A stretch of DNA of 64,000 nt from NCBI RefSeq assembly GCF_009914755.1, contig NC_060927.1; one strand, 5' to 3'. Below the pieces are notes generated by a model. That model ran no database searches and had not been told where the DNA came from. It worked only from the letters and a program-made list of their open reading frames with translations. A program made the position numbers and the translations under genes. This document shows, piece by piece, positions 31,924 to 46,868 of this stretch (position 1 is its first letter; each line of letters begins with the position of its first letter). Source of the stretch: the human T2T-CHM13v2.0 reference genome, Homo sapiens.

Positions 31924-33469
31924 TGTGTCCGGAATTGGTGGGTTCTTGATCGCACTGACTTCAAGAATGAAGCCGTGGACCCTCGCGGTGAGTGTTACAG
32001 CTCTTAAGGTGGCGCGTCTGGAGTCTGCCCCTTCTGATGTTCAGATGTGTTCGGAGTTTCTTTCTTCTGGTGGGTTCGTGGTCTCTCTGGCTCAGGAGTG
32101 AAGCTGCAGATCTTCGCGGTGAGTGTTACAGCTCTTAAGGTAGCGTGTCTGGAGTTGTTCATTTCTCCCTGTGGGCTCGTGGTCTTGCTGGGCTCAGGAG
32201 TGAAGCTGTAGATCTTCGCAGTAAGTGTTACAGCTCATAAAAGCAGCATAGACCCAGAGTGAGCAGTAGCAAGATTTATTGCAAAGAGCGAAAGAACAAA
32301 GCTTCCACAGTGTGGAAGGGGACCCGAGCGGGTTGCCAATGCTGGCTCGGGCAGCCTGTTTTTATTCTTATCTGGCCCCACCCACATCCTGCTGATTGGT
32401 AGAGCCGAGTGGCCTGTTTTGTCAGGGCACTGATTGGTGCCTTTACAATCCCTGAGCTAGATACAAAGGTTCTCCAAGTCCCCATCAGATTAGTTAGATA
32501 CAGAGTTTCCACACACAGGTTTTCCAAGGCCCCACCAGAGCAGCTAGATACAGAGTGTCGATTGGTGCACTCACAAACCTTGAGCTAAACACAGGGTGCT
32601 GATTGGTGTGTTTACAAACCTTGAGCTAGATACAGAGTGCCGATTGGTGTATTTACAATCCCTGAGCTAGACATAAAGGTTCTCCAAGGCCCCACCAGAG
32701 CAGCTAGATACAGAGTGTCGATTGGTGCTCTCACAAACCTTGAGCTAAACACAGGGTGCTGATTGGTGTATTTATAATCCCTGAGCTAGACATAAAGACT
32801 CTCCACGTCCCCACCAGACTCAGGAGCCCAGCTGGCTTCACCTAGTGGATCCCGCACTGGGGCTGCAGGTGGAGCTGCCTGCCAGTCCTGCGCTGTGCGC
32901 TCGCATTCCTCAGCCCTTGGGTGGTAGATAGGACTGGGCACCGTGGAGCAGGGGGTGGTGCTCGTCAGGGAGGCTCGGGCGGCACAGGAGCCCATGGAGT
33001 GGGTGGGAGGCTCAGGCATGGCGGGCTGCAGGTCCTGAGCCCTGCCCCGTGGAAAGGCAGCTAAGGCCCGGCGAGAAATTGAGTGCAGCGCCGGTGGGCC
33101 AGCACTGCTGGGGGACTCAGTACACCCTCCGCAGCCACTAGCCCGGGTGCTAAGTCCCCCATTGCCCGGGGCCAGCAGGGCTGGCTGGCTGCTCCAAGTG
33201 CGGGGCCCACCAAGCCCACGCCCACCCGGAACGCCAGCTGGCCCGCAAGCGCCGCAGGCAGCCCCGGTTCCCGCTCGTGCCTCTCCCTCCACACCTCCCT
33301 GCAAGCTGAGGGAGTGGGCTCCAGCCTTGGCCAGCCCAGAAAGGGGCTCCCACAGTGCAGTGGGGGGGCTGAAGGGCTCCTCAAATACCACCAAAGTGGG
33401 AGCCCGGGCAGGGGAGGTGCCGAGAGCAAGCGAGGGCTCTGAGGACTGCCAGGATGCTGTCACCTCTCA
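31924..33469 (-). mobile_element. LTR12C (HERV9) solo LTR, full length
   Basis: Canonical termini, minus strand starting TGAGAGGTGACAGCATCCTGGCAGTCCTCAGAGCCC. GATTGG repeat array 32393-32767. 4-bp TSD ATAT at 31920-31923 and 33470-33473. Confidence 0.97.
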
Positions 33470-33707
33470 ATATAAGCATCCTACAGTTTCCACACCAGGA
33501 CAAATAAGCAGGAATCCCTTAACTCTAAGAGCCATGGTGGGGAGGAGGGTCGGTCGGGATACCATGTGTTTTTTCTCTGTTCTAAAAGCCGCATCCACAT
33601 GAATAGGCTTCTGTTTTAAATGCTGGATATTAATAACATGTTTTAATTAGTTCTACAAGTTAGGAATAGCTGAAAGCTCTATATTTGCATTTAAAAATTT
33701 GCACCTA

Positions 33708-34078
<371 letters not shown>

Positions 34079-34724
34079 CTAAAAGTGATATTCCAGGATC
34101 CTCCTATGAGAATACAAAGCACATTTTTCATGCCACACCTTTGTTCTCCTTGTTTCTTTCATCAAGAATGTCCTCACTCTACACTATACTTCACAACTAG
34201 TGAAAACCACCATACTTTCCAGGATGAGTCCATGATTCCATTTCCTTCTAGACTACACAAGTACAAAGGAATGTCTCCCTCTCTGAATATTGGAATGATG
34301 CATTCCTTATTGTCTGTGGTGGCATTCACAGGCTCTTAGCTGCATTGGTATTTAATTCTGCATTGTGATTGAACATTTACCCACGTTTTCTCTTGGTTTT
34401 CTCTACTAGACTGTGTTCTCCCCCAGGGCAAACATTTCCTGCATGTGAAGGAGCCATTCCTGGGCTGGGGCTAATCCCAGCAGAGACTGATCCATTTTAA
34501 AGATTTCAGGTCCCTGGAGTTCCAGGTGACTGGCACTGGCTCAGAAAAGAGGAGCAGGTTCACTGGCTGATACTAAAAAGACCTGAGGCTCAAATATATG
34601 CATCTAATTGGCCCATAAATCTTAACATCAAGACAAAGCTTTTGTCTCTTATAGACTCAAACCCTCTCTTGGAGCTGAATGTATCCTTTTATAAATTATT
34701 TGGTCTAATTTCCACAGTATAAAC

Positions 34725-34870
34725 CTGTAATGTGGTATTTAGTAGCACTGACTTTGGAGTTAGACTCCCTGGGCTTAAATTTCAGTAGTAGCACTTTCTA
34801 CACAATTTATTTGCCATTTCTGTCTCTTACATGCCTCCTTTGTAGAATAAGGAAAATAATACTTACCCAG
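34725..34870 (+). mobile_element. MIR fragment
   Basis: GACTTTGGAGTTAGACTCCCTGGGCTTAAATTTCAG...CCTCCTTTGTAGAATAAGGAAAATAATACTTACC. Confidence 0.65.
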
Positions 34871-35779
34871 TTGATGACTGCTCTACTAAAGGTAGTCATG
34901 ACAAGCTACGCATTTGCAAAATACAAGGTTACTGACTCAACTGGAGTTAAAGAAGCTCTAAAGAAAAAAGACCGATGCTCAAATTATTATTATTAGTATT
35001 GATTATTGAGTTAATATTAACTTTAAAGTACTTAGCACATTATGAATGCAGTGTTAAATATTATTTTTATTACTATTAATATTGCTGTTTCCCCAGTGCT
35101 AGGAAGTACTAGAGATGGGGAGAGATATTAATGGCTGATTTGTGCAGGACCTGCACCACCTTATTGCCAAGTCTGGATTCCAGAGCCCCACAGGACCCTT
35201 TGTGTCCACAGTGCTGACACAGTATTATGCAGAAAGTAGGAATAAAATGCACTTATTGCTTAAATTTATTATGGCCCAAAGCAATAAATACCAAGTATAT
35301 TACATAGGTTTGGAACACTAAGAGCCCACCTATACATACATACACCCACCCACCCACAAACACTTTGGACTTCATCAAGATCTGGAGATAAACTTTCCTA
35401 CAGAGCTTACATTAATTAGATTTTCATAGACATCTTGCCATGAGAAGAAAATAAAAATTATCGACAGACTTGCCTTATCAAAACTCACGAATTTCTGCAA
35501 GCACATATTTTCACAGTTGATGAAAGCATTTGACCGAATAGCTTGACTTTTTGACTTATATGAAACAGCTTGTTAAATGTTTAGGTATTAAAAGCATGTA
35601 ATTCTTATAGTTTATTGAGTATTTTTCTCCTGCAGCTTTGAAGTGGTACACTGAGGAATTGACAAAACCTGTGTTCAGACTCAAGTCTCATGACCTGAAT
35701 TCCAATGTTCTCTCCTTAAAGTGATCTGAGTTTTGTGTGGAGAAATTAATATACCAGAAAATACTTGTATTCCAGCATA

Positions 35780-36810
35780 ACACCTATTGTACTAGATGAG
35801 TGCATGACAGATTACGAAAGTGCAGAATCAAGGACTGTGCTGGGGTGTGGGAACAAATGCGGTGGATCTTGTTTTGCTCACAGAAAAGTTGATGCTAACA
35901 TTGTCCTTAGTGATTAGGGGGAGTCTGATGGGTAGATATTGGCAGGTGGGATGAGGGTGGGATGGTCAGAAGGACATTTTAGGCAAAGGAATAGAACGTT
36001 CCAAGGCTTGGAAGCATGAAAAAACAAGGCATAATGAAGGAAAGCAGGCCAGAGAGTATTTTATACGTGGAGGGAACATTTTGGTGATTAAATTTCAAAG
36101 GATGGCATCACCGTGACCAGACCATAATAGACCCCATATAACATTTTAAGGAGTTTGATTTTTGTCCTGTAGAGCAAAGTGAAAGATGTTTAGGAAAAAA
36201 AAAAAAAAAACTAACTTGATTAGCTCGTGCTGTAGAAAGAGTATTCTGCCTGCAGTGAATGAATTCTGGAAGGCAGTCGTGAAGTCTAGCCTGTACATCA
36301 AGAGCTATTCAAATAATTCGGGAAAGTGATGATGGGTGTGTGAATTAGGGCAGGAGAAAAGGGGCTGGAGAGGAGTGGCAAATTTGTCAGGGCATTGGGA
36401 CATAACACTCATGGTACTTCAAAACCGGTGATTGAGCTGTGAGGTGGAGGCCATAGGCCCACTCCGCACTCAGGTGCATGTCTTGGAGGAGGAATAGATT
36501 TTGAAGTAAGTTGCTGAGTTTAAGAGTAAAACATATTTGGTTCAAGATGCATATCCAGGTAGAACTCTTAAGTAAGGCATTAGATACTTTCATCAAAAAT
36601 TGGGGTGAAAAGTCTGGGTATGAAATAATGATTTGGAAGTATCTGTGGAGGATATAGATTTTTTAGGTGAACAGGTTGTGGTTAAAATCATTAGAATGAG
36701 TAGATTGTTAAGGGGGGTGTGGGGTGTAAAAGCAAGAAGACAGTCCATGATGATGAACTTTGGAAAATACTAATACTGAATGATGGGGAAGAGGAAGAAG
36801 ATGCAGGAAT
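35780..36810 (-). mobile_element. L2 fragment(s)
   Basis: Purine-rich antisense L2 motifs such as TAAGGAGTTTGATTTTTGTCCTGTAG and GATGATGGGTGTGTGAATTAGGGCAG. Confidence 0.65.
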
Positions 36811-38769
36811 AGGATATTTTATATTACCAAAATAAATCATCATCAAGAAGTAACTTTATAATACCTTAGGCTGGAAGTTTACATAATTTGATGCTGAATA
36901 TAAATAAAGTACTGTAATAATCTGTGTGCAGTCTTAATGACATACTGGATACATATTATGAAATACCAATTATTTAAAGCAGCTTTTGAAAGCAGGCCCC
37001 TTTCTAGCAGTTCACAATACCATAATAAAATACATTTCAGGAATCATCTTCTATAAACAGTATCCCTGGTAATCATTAAGATGTCATCTTGATTATGCTA
37101 AGGCCAAAACCAATGTTAGGGCTTAATATAGTTTGCATTTCTGTTTCTTCTCATCTTATGTAACCTGTATTTTTGACAGCCATTTATCTTACATTATAAT
37201 AGTATAATGTACCATGACAATGTATGTGTCATGACAATATTGCACTCAGTGAAAAGGCTGTTGCATCTATGGACTTGAAAACATAAATCATGAAAGCTTT
37301 GTTGCAAAAATTTATTATTTAATCAGTTTGGAAGTTGAGTGATGTTTTAATTGCCTCTTTGTTTACCATTCTGGTCATGATTTACACTTTACTGCTATCC
37401 AGAGTCCGTATTAACTAGTAAAAACAGAATATATTTGAGAGTTCACTCTTAAATCTAAGATCAAATGATTTTTCAGATTATTTTTTTAAAAACAATTCTA
37501 CAGGCCATGCCCACAATTTATATAATTGCTTAGGTGCATGTCAGTGTAAAACAACAGTGCTACATTTAAAACATGTTGTTTAGAAAGAATTTGCTCATTA
37601 AAAGGTCACAGAACCTCATCAAGCTTCTCATAAAACTATATGGCTTAAAATTTAACCTAGCAGTTTCATGGTCTGAAATCGTGCATCGTTTTTGACATGT
37701 TTCTCGAAAAGATAAAAAGAAAACTTGCAGAAAATTTCATTTGGGTAGGATATCAAGTAATAAGATTCAATCAAAGGTATTTGAAATTTCTTCAAGTCAA
37801 GATAAAATTAAAGATAAAACTGCTCCAAAAGCTATTTTAAGTAAAAGATAAACTTTTATGCTAGCACTGGTAGTTGGTTAATTTAAACTGCCTAAGTGAT
37901 GACCAAGAAAAAGAGAGAGAGAAAAAAGATGCCTCATACAGATCTAGAAAGCAATAAACTCATTAAAAGTTGCTTACAAAACCTTCATAGATTTTTTCAA
38001 GCTTTAATAAAATTCCAAGGCATTACTCGAATAGGCCAGATGATTGAAAAGATTATTTAGATAGAACTATCTCATGACTTACAACATAACACACATGATA
38101 TATATTATTTTATTCTGTTAGAAAGTCAAGACATAAAATGATTGGCAGGAGTTCCTTATCAGAACAGAATCTCTTAGAACTAGAAATGAATGCCTTTTTC
38201 CGCACACGAACTCTTTGGCTGCATAAAAGAAGTATCCATGGAAACCCTTACCTGTTAGTTCTAATATGCATATACAAGGTTATTTTCTTTTCCATTTTAT
38301 TTCAACAAAAACGTGAATGGAATAGAAAGCACTGAACTACTAGAAGCTTCCAAGGCCTTACATAACAGTTTTTGACAAAAAGCTCATTATATTTTTATAG
38401 TTTCTATTTGGCACAAGACCAAATGACTTTACAGAGTATGTTAATCAATAGATGTAACAAGGATTATTAAATGTCCTATTATGCTTATGGATACAAATTT
38501 ATGTTATTATTCAGCTTAGGAGCCACAGTTGGTGCACATTCAATTTAAATGATATTTTATCATTTTTCAGTCAAATAAAATATACGTAGTGAAAAAAAAA
38601 TACCTCCTAAAGCTTCCTAAAAGCTAGTTTGCATCTGGATAAGGTGTGGAATTGAAGGCAGAAGCTAGAGAGAGTTGATGATTGCAGAAAAGCCAAGACC
38701 GTGGCATTTATTCAAAACAGTTTTTAATTGGAAAGTTCATGGAATGAAAGAACTATGGAAACAAATGAA

Positions 38770-39211
38770 GTGCACCCAGATGCGAACAAGAAAAGTATAT
38801 TAATAAGGATATTTATTCAGAGCTAGCATAGTAAAGAAGTTAACCGCCATTATTTGTGTTTGTCGGAGACTCAAAGGCAGGCAGAGGAGTAGGAAAGCTT
38901 TAGAATGGGAAAAAGGGAAGGCTTCAGGTCTGCCTGATTGGAGGCTATTGGTCCGGGGAAGTCGGAAGCCCGATAATTGAAAGAAAAGCATCCTATGCGG
39001 GTGGTTAGGCAGCATATTTGTCTTTCTCCAGTTGGTCCCAAGCTGGAAGTGGGGGAAGGGGGCTAAAAATTATGAAAGTTGTCCGTTATTGATCAGGTCC
39101 TGACCATTTTGGGCTAATTGCCATGGAGGCTGTGGTCTTGCTCTGGTTATTGCAATTTGTGGCTTAGAATTCTGTTTCAATGTATGGTGTGACTGTATAT
39201 TCAGTCTCTCA
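38770..39211 (-). mobile_element. Old ERV1-type solo LTR (MER90/MER110-like)
   Basis: Minus strand begins TGAGAGACTGAATATACAG. AATAAA on the minus strand near 38814-38819. Left boundary uncertain. Confidence 0.55.
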
Positions 39212-41028
39212 GAACTAAAGGCTAGTGATGTCATCAATTAACTAAAAAAGCTGAGCTCTGAGGCAGACATTAAAGAAAAGTAAGGAAAGTGGACTGGGTA
39301 TTTAAAAAATGAGTAATAAGAGAATGGCAGCAGCAAGAGAAAATTTTTAAAAATAGAAATAAATGTGTGAACCACAGTTTGGGAATAAGGGTGGAGATGG
39401 GGCAGAAAAAACAGAAGCAAGCAGGCTAACAGTCTTTTTGTATCTCTCTTCTGAAAGGTGAGATATCAAGAAATAAGATTCAATCAAAGACACTTGAAAT
39501 TCCCATATGCGACACCGAATTTATCACAGCAGGCTCATACATTTTTCATTGAGTTAAGAAATATTCAATTAAATGGAAATATCAAACACATAGGATAGTC
39601 AATTTAATGAAATATGAAAGCCCTTTGATATTTCAGTTGATATCTCTTAACATTGTGAGCCAGTATTTGTGTAGCAGGGCTCTTCTTTCAAAACTAGATT
39701 AAATTATATGTTTCTCAGGTTGGTCCTGGAGATCAAAATGTCTTTATTCAAGGGCATGCAGGCAAAAGAACAAGCATATCTATCATGGAACATTCAATAG
39801 TCCTTTACTGTCTTATGCATCAGATCTTCTGTCCAAACTTCCCACGGATTGCTCCAGTCCTGCAGATCTGGATCATTCTCTGTTCCCAAGCCCATCTGTG
39901 TTCTGTTGGCAGCTGAGAGATTGCATACTGTAATCTCTCTCTCTCTGATGTATGTCTTCTAAGAAATCCAAATATAAAGAGTAACACAAGTTTATTAATT
40001 TTACTTTTACTTATGAAAAGTTGCAATGTTACAAGTGATTCTGCAGTTGTGGGAAATTAAACATGCACAAGAGGGGCCTCAAATCAAAGGCCAGGATGTG
40101 GTCCCTAGTTCTTAGCTCCAGTGTGACTCCAACAACCTCCAGTAGAGATAAAGGCAGCATCTCACCATAATTATTCAGTTCTACTGTCCACCAAGAGGAG
40201 AATAAAATAATTTTTTTCATTGTTTTTTTCATTTTAAAAGCATTCTTTCACTTTTTAAAGCACTTTTGAGGTAATCCTGGATCTGCTTTATAAATATTAT
40301 GAATCATATAGGCAGTAAAACAATGAAGAGGGGGAATTAGCAATAAGATTATGCTATTTGTTTAATTTCATAATGTAATGTTTTTCCCCTTAATTTACTT
40401 AATATTGGTAATTAGTAATGTTGTTTTTAACTTACCTCATAAAATATGGTCTTGGATTTCAGGACAATCCTTGGTATGAGGGAATATTTTTCATTTGTGT
40501 CCTCTTCCTTTGTAGGGGTACTCAGGACTTTGAATGCATAGGCTCAGTTCTGCTGTGCACTTTCTACACAAATCCTGACCAAGCCTGTGAGTATGGGCAA
40601 ATATTTATTCAGACCAATAGGTAGACTTTGGCATTGACCTGGCATCAAGACCGCCCAAAGTAGTTGCTGTTCTATATATTCACCAACCACCTGTCTTCAC
40701 CCCAAACTTTACCTTATGAATAGATTTCTATTGATTTCTTTTTTTTTTTTTGTCATATATGCTAAACCCCAACAATTTTAACTCAGCTTCTCTTTGTTAT
40801 GTACTTTATTGCAGGAGATAGGGGAAGACTCTGTTGTTCAAACCTGTAGCCACTGGATCACATCATGTTCAGACAGAGCTCACTGAAATCATAGCACAGG
40901 CCCTTCCTTGAGAAAGGGCTACTGATCTACCTCTCCGAGCAACTGCTTGTAAAGACAAACTGAATTGAATGGGCAAGTGATTTTCAAACCAGTTACGGAT
41001 ATTACATAACAGCTTCTCATGCACATGG

Positions 41029-41307
41029 GAGACAGAGTCTCACTCTGTCACCAGGCTGGAGTATAGTGGCATGATCTCGGCTCACAGCAACCTCTGACTA
41101 TCTGGTTCAAGAAATTCTCCTGCCTCAGCCTCCTGAGTAGCTGGGATTACAGGCACCCACCACCACGCCCAGCTAATTTTTGTATTTTTAGTAGAGGCGG
41201 GGTTTCACCATGTTGGCCAGGATGGTCTGGATCTCCTGCCCTCGTGATCCGCCAACCTCGGCCTCCCAAAGTGCTGGAATTACAGGCATGAGCCACCGTG
41301 CCTGGCC
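41029..41307 (-). mobile_element. AluSc-like lacking its poly-A tail
   Basis: Starts abruptly at GAGACAGAGTCTCAC after unique sequence CATGCACATGG. Confidence 0.9.
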
Positions 41308-42615
<1,308 letters not shown>

Positions 42616-42964
42616 AAACAGCAACGTGGTGGTCTTTGAATTCCTCACCTTTAAAATAAGGAAGTCGAACTATAATTATCTCTGAGGACTGAAATTCTGT
42701 GATTCTGTAAGCAAGAAGGCTAAAGATGAGGCCCAAAAGGTAGGAGATTGTACATACAGTGTTGTTAATGTCTTGCTGAAACTGCAGAATAAGAGCATGT
42801 ATTACTAGGTAATGAGAGTATTTCCCCTAAAACAAAATGGATTCTAGTTTGTGGCTCTTTGGCCTAGGGGTGGGGAAAATCTTCCTCCTTTTAGTCCTAA
42901 TGGTGATGGCCAGTCATTCTTAGCTACGTGGAGATAGGCTGGAAGGGAACAGCAAAACAGACCT

Positions 42965-43033
42965 ACAAGTTCTCAGTGACAATGACATTGACTATAGCTG
43001 CTACAATCAATGTCATTGTCACTGAGAACTTGT
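42965..43033. repeat. Near-perfect palindrome (27-bp perfect arms)
   Basis: ACAAGTTCTCAGTGACAATGACATTGA at 42965-42991 and its exact reverse complement at 43007-43033. Confidence 0.97.
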
Positions 43034-46000
43034 GTGGAGATATGTCAAGATCCTGAGATGTGTGACAATCAGGGCAGTGGTGAGGAATATCCTAAGTTCC
43101 AGGGGTCATGTATGAGTTTTGGATTTTATACCAAGGTCGTAGAATTTCTAGAGAAATCCTTTTGAATAGAGAGGAGGTAAATGGATCTCTTGAGTCTCAA
43201 TCACCAAAGGAAGTGGCACGGCAGCAATTCAAGAAGGCCAGCATGGACCTGGCAGACTACGTCCTGAGCACATGTGAGAAAGTACTTCTTGAATCAGTGG
43301 ATCAGCAGAAAAGAAGAATTTGGAAATATACCTACATTGACAGCATTTCTTTATGTATCGCAGATAAAGCATATAGTTTAATAGGTTAGGGCCAATAATG
43401 CAATGGTTAGAAGAGTAGACATGAATTCCCAGTGCCTTTCTTAACCTTCTTCAGCATACATGCATTATAAAATAATGCAGGGATTTAAAAATCATGTTAT
43501 ACTCCTGACCCACATACCACTATAACCCATAATTATACTGTTTCTGCTCACTTAGCAACTAGCCTATATCTTATATATAGTTCATAGTGCAAGACAGCTT
43601 TCAGTGGAAGATCTTCAGAAATATGATTAAATACCATCTTGATATTTGGGAAATTAACATCAGATTATTGTCTTGAAATATCACCTAAGAATTATTTCAT
43701 GTCTTGTGTACTTTGAACCATACGAAACTGCTGTTTTAATAGATCAAATATGGTTTAAAATTAGAAATTTCATGATTCAAAATCAAAAGGGAAAGAAGGA
43801 AGGAGGAAAGGAAAAAGAAAAGTCAGAATGACAAAGAGAAGGAAAGAGCCATAGATGTTATTTCAAGCCATCAATGTGCATTAAAGAGATATTTCTCAAA
43901 TGTAGACTATTAATATGAACTGCAAATACAATAACTTCAGATACATGATTTACAACTGATTAAACTTGTTTCAAGTTATTTTATATTAGTTACCACTATT
44001 GTTGGACTTGCTTCCACAGATCACATATTTTGGCAGAGATATCAGTTGCTTTTATTTTATTCCTTTTTTCTTCTCCTAGAGCCTTCAGATGAGATATATT
44101 ATTACTTATGGAGAAGAGAAATAAAATAGACATTTTTCTTTGACATTTTCTATGAAACTGTAAATTGGATTATACTACAGCTATTTCAAGAGGTCACTTT
44201 ACATGGTTTTTGAAGACAGGAAAAGTGATTAATGTTAAGAAGGTCTTGACATAGGAATTTAGTGTCCTTGAGCTCTGTATAATTACCTTTTCTAAAGCTG
44301 CTAACACACTGCAAGCGATCAATGACTCAATAATGTAAATTTATAAAACACATTGTACACACATACACACACATACACACGTATGTGACCTTCCAGAAGT
44401 TGTTCATGTGTTAGAAATTAACATTTTTTGAAGTCTGTAGGTTACCATGGAAATCTGCTGTTGATGCTCACTCCATTAACACATTCGTTCCGAGAAAGAA
44501 ACTAAGTTCTGGTTCCTTTACCAGTGGTGTTAATAATACTGTTGTGCTATCAAATACTACATCTTATTTATTCTATCTAACTGTATTTTTGTATTCATTA
44601 ACCATCCCCTTTTCCCCCTACACCCACTACACTTCCCAGCCTCTGGTAACCATCATTCTACTCTGTATCTTCATGAGTTTAATTATTTTGATTTTTAGTT
44701 TCCAAAAATAAATGAGAACATGCAACATTTGTCTTTCTGTTCCTGGCATATTACACTTAATATAATATCCTCCAGCTCCATCCATGTTGTTGCAGATGAC
44801 AAGATCTCATTCTTTTATGGCTGAATGGTGTGCCATTGTAGATGCATACTGCATTTCCTTTATGTATTCATCTGTTGATGGATACTCAGGCTGATTCCAA
44901 ATCTTGGCTACTGCGAATAGTGCTGCAATAAAAATGGCAGTACACATATCTCTTTGATACACTGATTTACTTCTTTTGGGTATATATCCTAGTAGTGGGG
45001 TTGCTGGATCATGTGGTGGCTCTATTTTTAGTTTTTTGAGGAATCTCCATACTGTTCTCCATGGTGACTGTACTAATTTACATTCCCACCAACAGTGTGC
45101 AAGGGTAACATTTTCTCCACATCCTCACCAAAATTCATAATTGCCAGTCCTTTGTATAATATAAAAGCCATTTTAACTGGTATGAGATGATATCTAATTG
45201 TAGTTTTGATTTGCATTTTCCTGATGTTCAGTGCCATTGAGCACCATTTCATATACCTGTTTGCCATTTGTATGTCTTCTTTTGAGAAATGTCTACTTAG
45301 ATGTTTTGCCCCTTTTAAAAATTGGATTCCTAGATTTTTTCCTATTGAGCTGTTTGAGCTGCCTATATATTCTGGTTATTAATCCCTTGTCAGATGTATA
45401 GTTGGAAAATATTTTCTTTCATTTTGTGAGTTGTCTCTTCACTTTGTTGATTGTTTTGTTTGCTGTGCAGAAGCTTTTAAACTTGATGTGATCACATTTA
45501 TCCATTTTTGCTTTGGTTACCTGTGCCTGTGGGGTTTACTCAAGAAATCTTTGCCCAGATCAACGTCCTGGAAAGTTTCCCCAATGTTTTCTTTTAGTAG
45601 TTTTATAGTTTGAGGTCTTAGATTTAAGTTTTTGATTCATTTTGATTTGATTTTTGTATATGGTAAGAGATAGGGGTCTAGTTTCATTTTTCTGCATATG
45701 GATATCCACTTTTCTCAGCACCATTTATTGAAGAGACTATCCTTTCTTCAATGTATTTTCTGGGCACTTTTGTTGAAAATGATTTCACTGTGGATGTATG
45801 GATTTATTTCTGGGGCTTCTATTCTGTTCCATTAATCTATGTGTCTATTTTTATGCCAGTACCATACTGTTCTGGTTAGTATAGATCTGTAATATAATTT
45901 GAAGTAAGGGGAAGTGATTCCTCCAGTTTTGTTCTTTTTATATCAGGATGGCTTTCTGGGTCTTTTGTTGTTCCATATAAATTTTAGTTTTTTTTTTTCT

Positions 46001-46522
46001 ATTTCTGTGAAGAATGTCATTGGTTATTTTTATAGAGATTGCACTGAATCTGTAGTTTCTTTTGGTGTGTGGACATTTTAACAATATTGATTCTTCCAAT
46101 TCATGAACATAGAGTATCTTTCCATTTTTGCGTCCTTCTCAATTTCTTGCATCAGTGTTTTATAGCTTTCATTACAAAGGTCTTCCACTTCTTTGGTTAA
46201 GTTAATTCCTAGGTATTTTATTTGTAGCTATTGTAAATGAGATTACTTTTTCAAGTTGTTTACCATTGGCATATAGAAAAGCTACTGATTTTTGTACATT
46301 GATTTTTGTATCCTGCAACTTTCCTGAATTTGTTTATCAGTTCTAATAGTTTTTGGTGGAGTCTTAGGTTTTTCCAAATATAAGACCATATCATCTGCAA
46401 GGGCAATTTGACTTTTTCCTTTCCAATTTGGATGCCCTTTATTTCTTTCTCATGTCTGATTGCTTTAGTTGGGAATTGCAGTACTATGTTGAATAACAGT
46501 GGTGAAAGTAGGCATCCTTGTC

Positions 46523-46868
<346 letters not shown>

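Noticed and set aside
32390-32800. CRISPR-like repeat array
   Set aside because: These are the LTR12 CCAAT tandem repeats. The intervening sequence is itself repeated, there are no cas genes, and the context is eukaryotic.
23453-33469. Full HERV9 provirus bounded by two LTR12s
   Set aside because: Each LTR has its own TSD (GTTT, ATAT) and they differ in subfamily structure. The 7-kb interval holds MER21, L2, CR1 and unique DNA, not gag/pol/env.
32786-33602. 225-aa and overlapping ORFs
   Set aside because: LTR12C-derived; no domain recognised.
43108-43389. 93-aa ORF outside obvious repeats
   Set aside because: No recognisable homology or convincing splice context, and the length is compatible with chance. 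A tblastn/PhyloCSF check would settle it.
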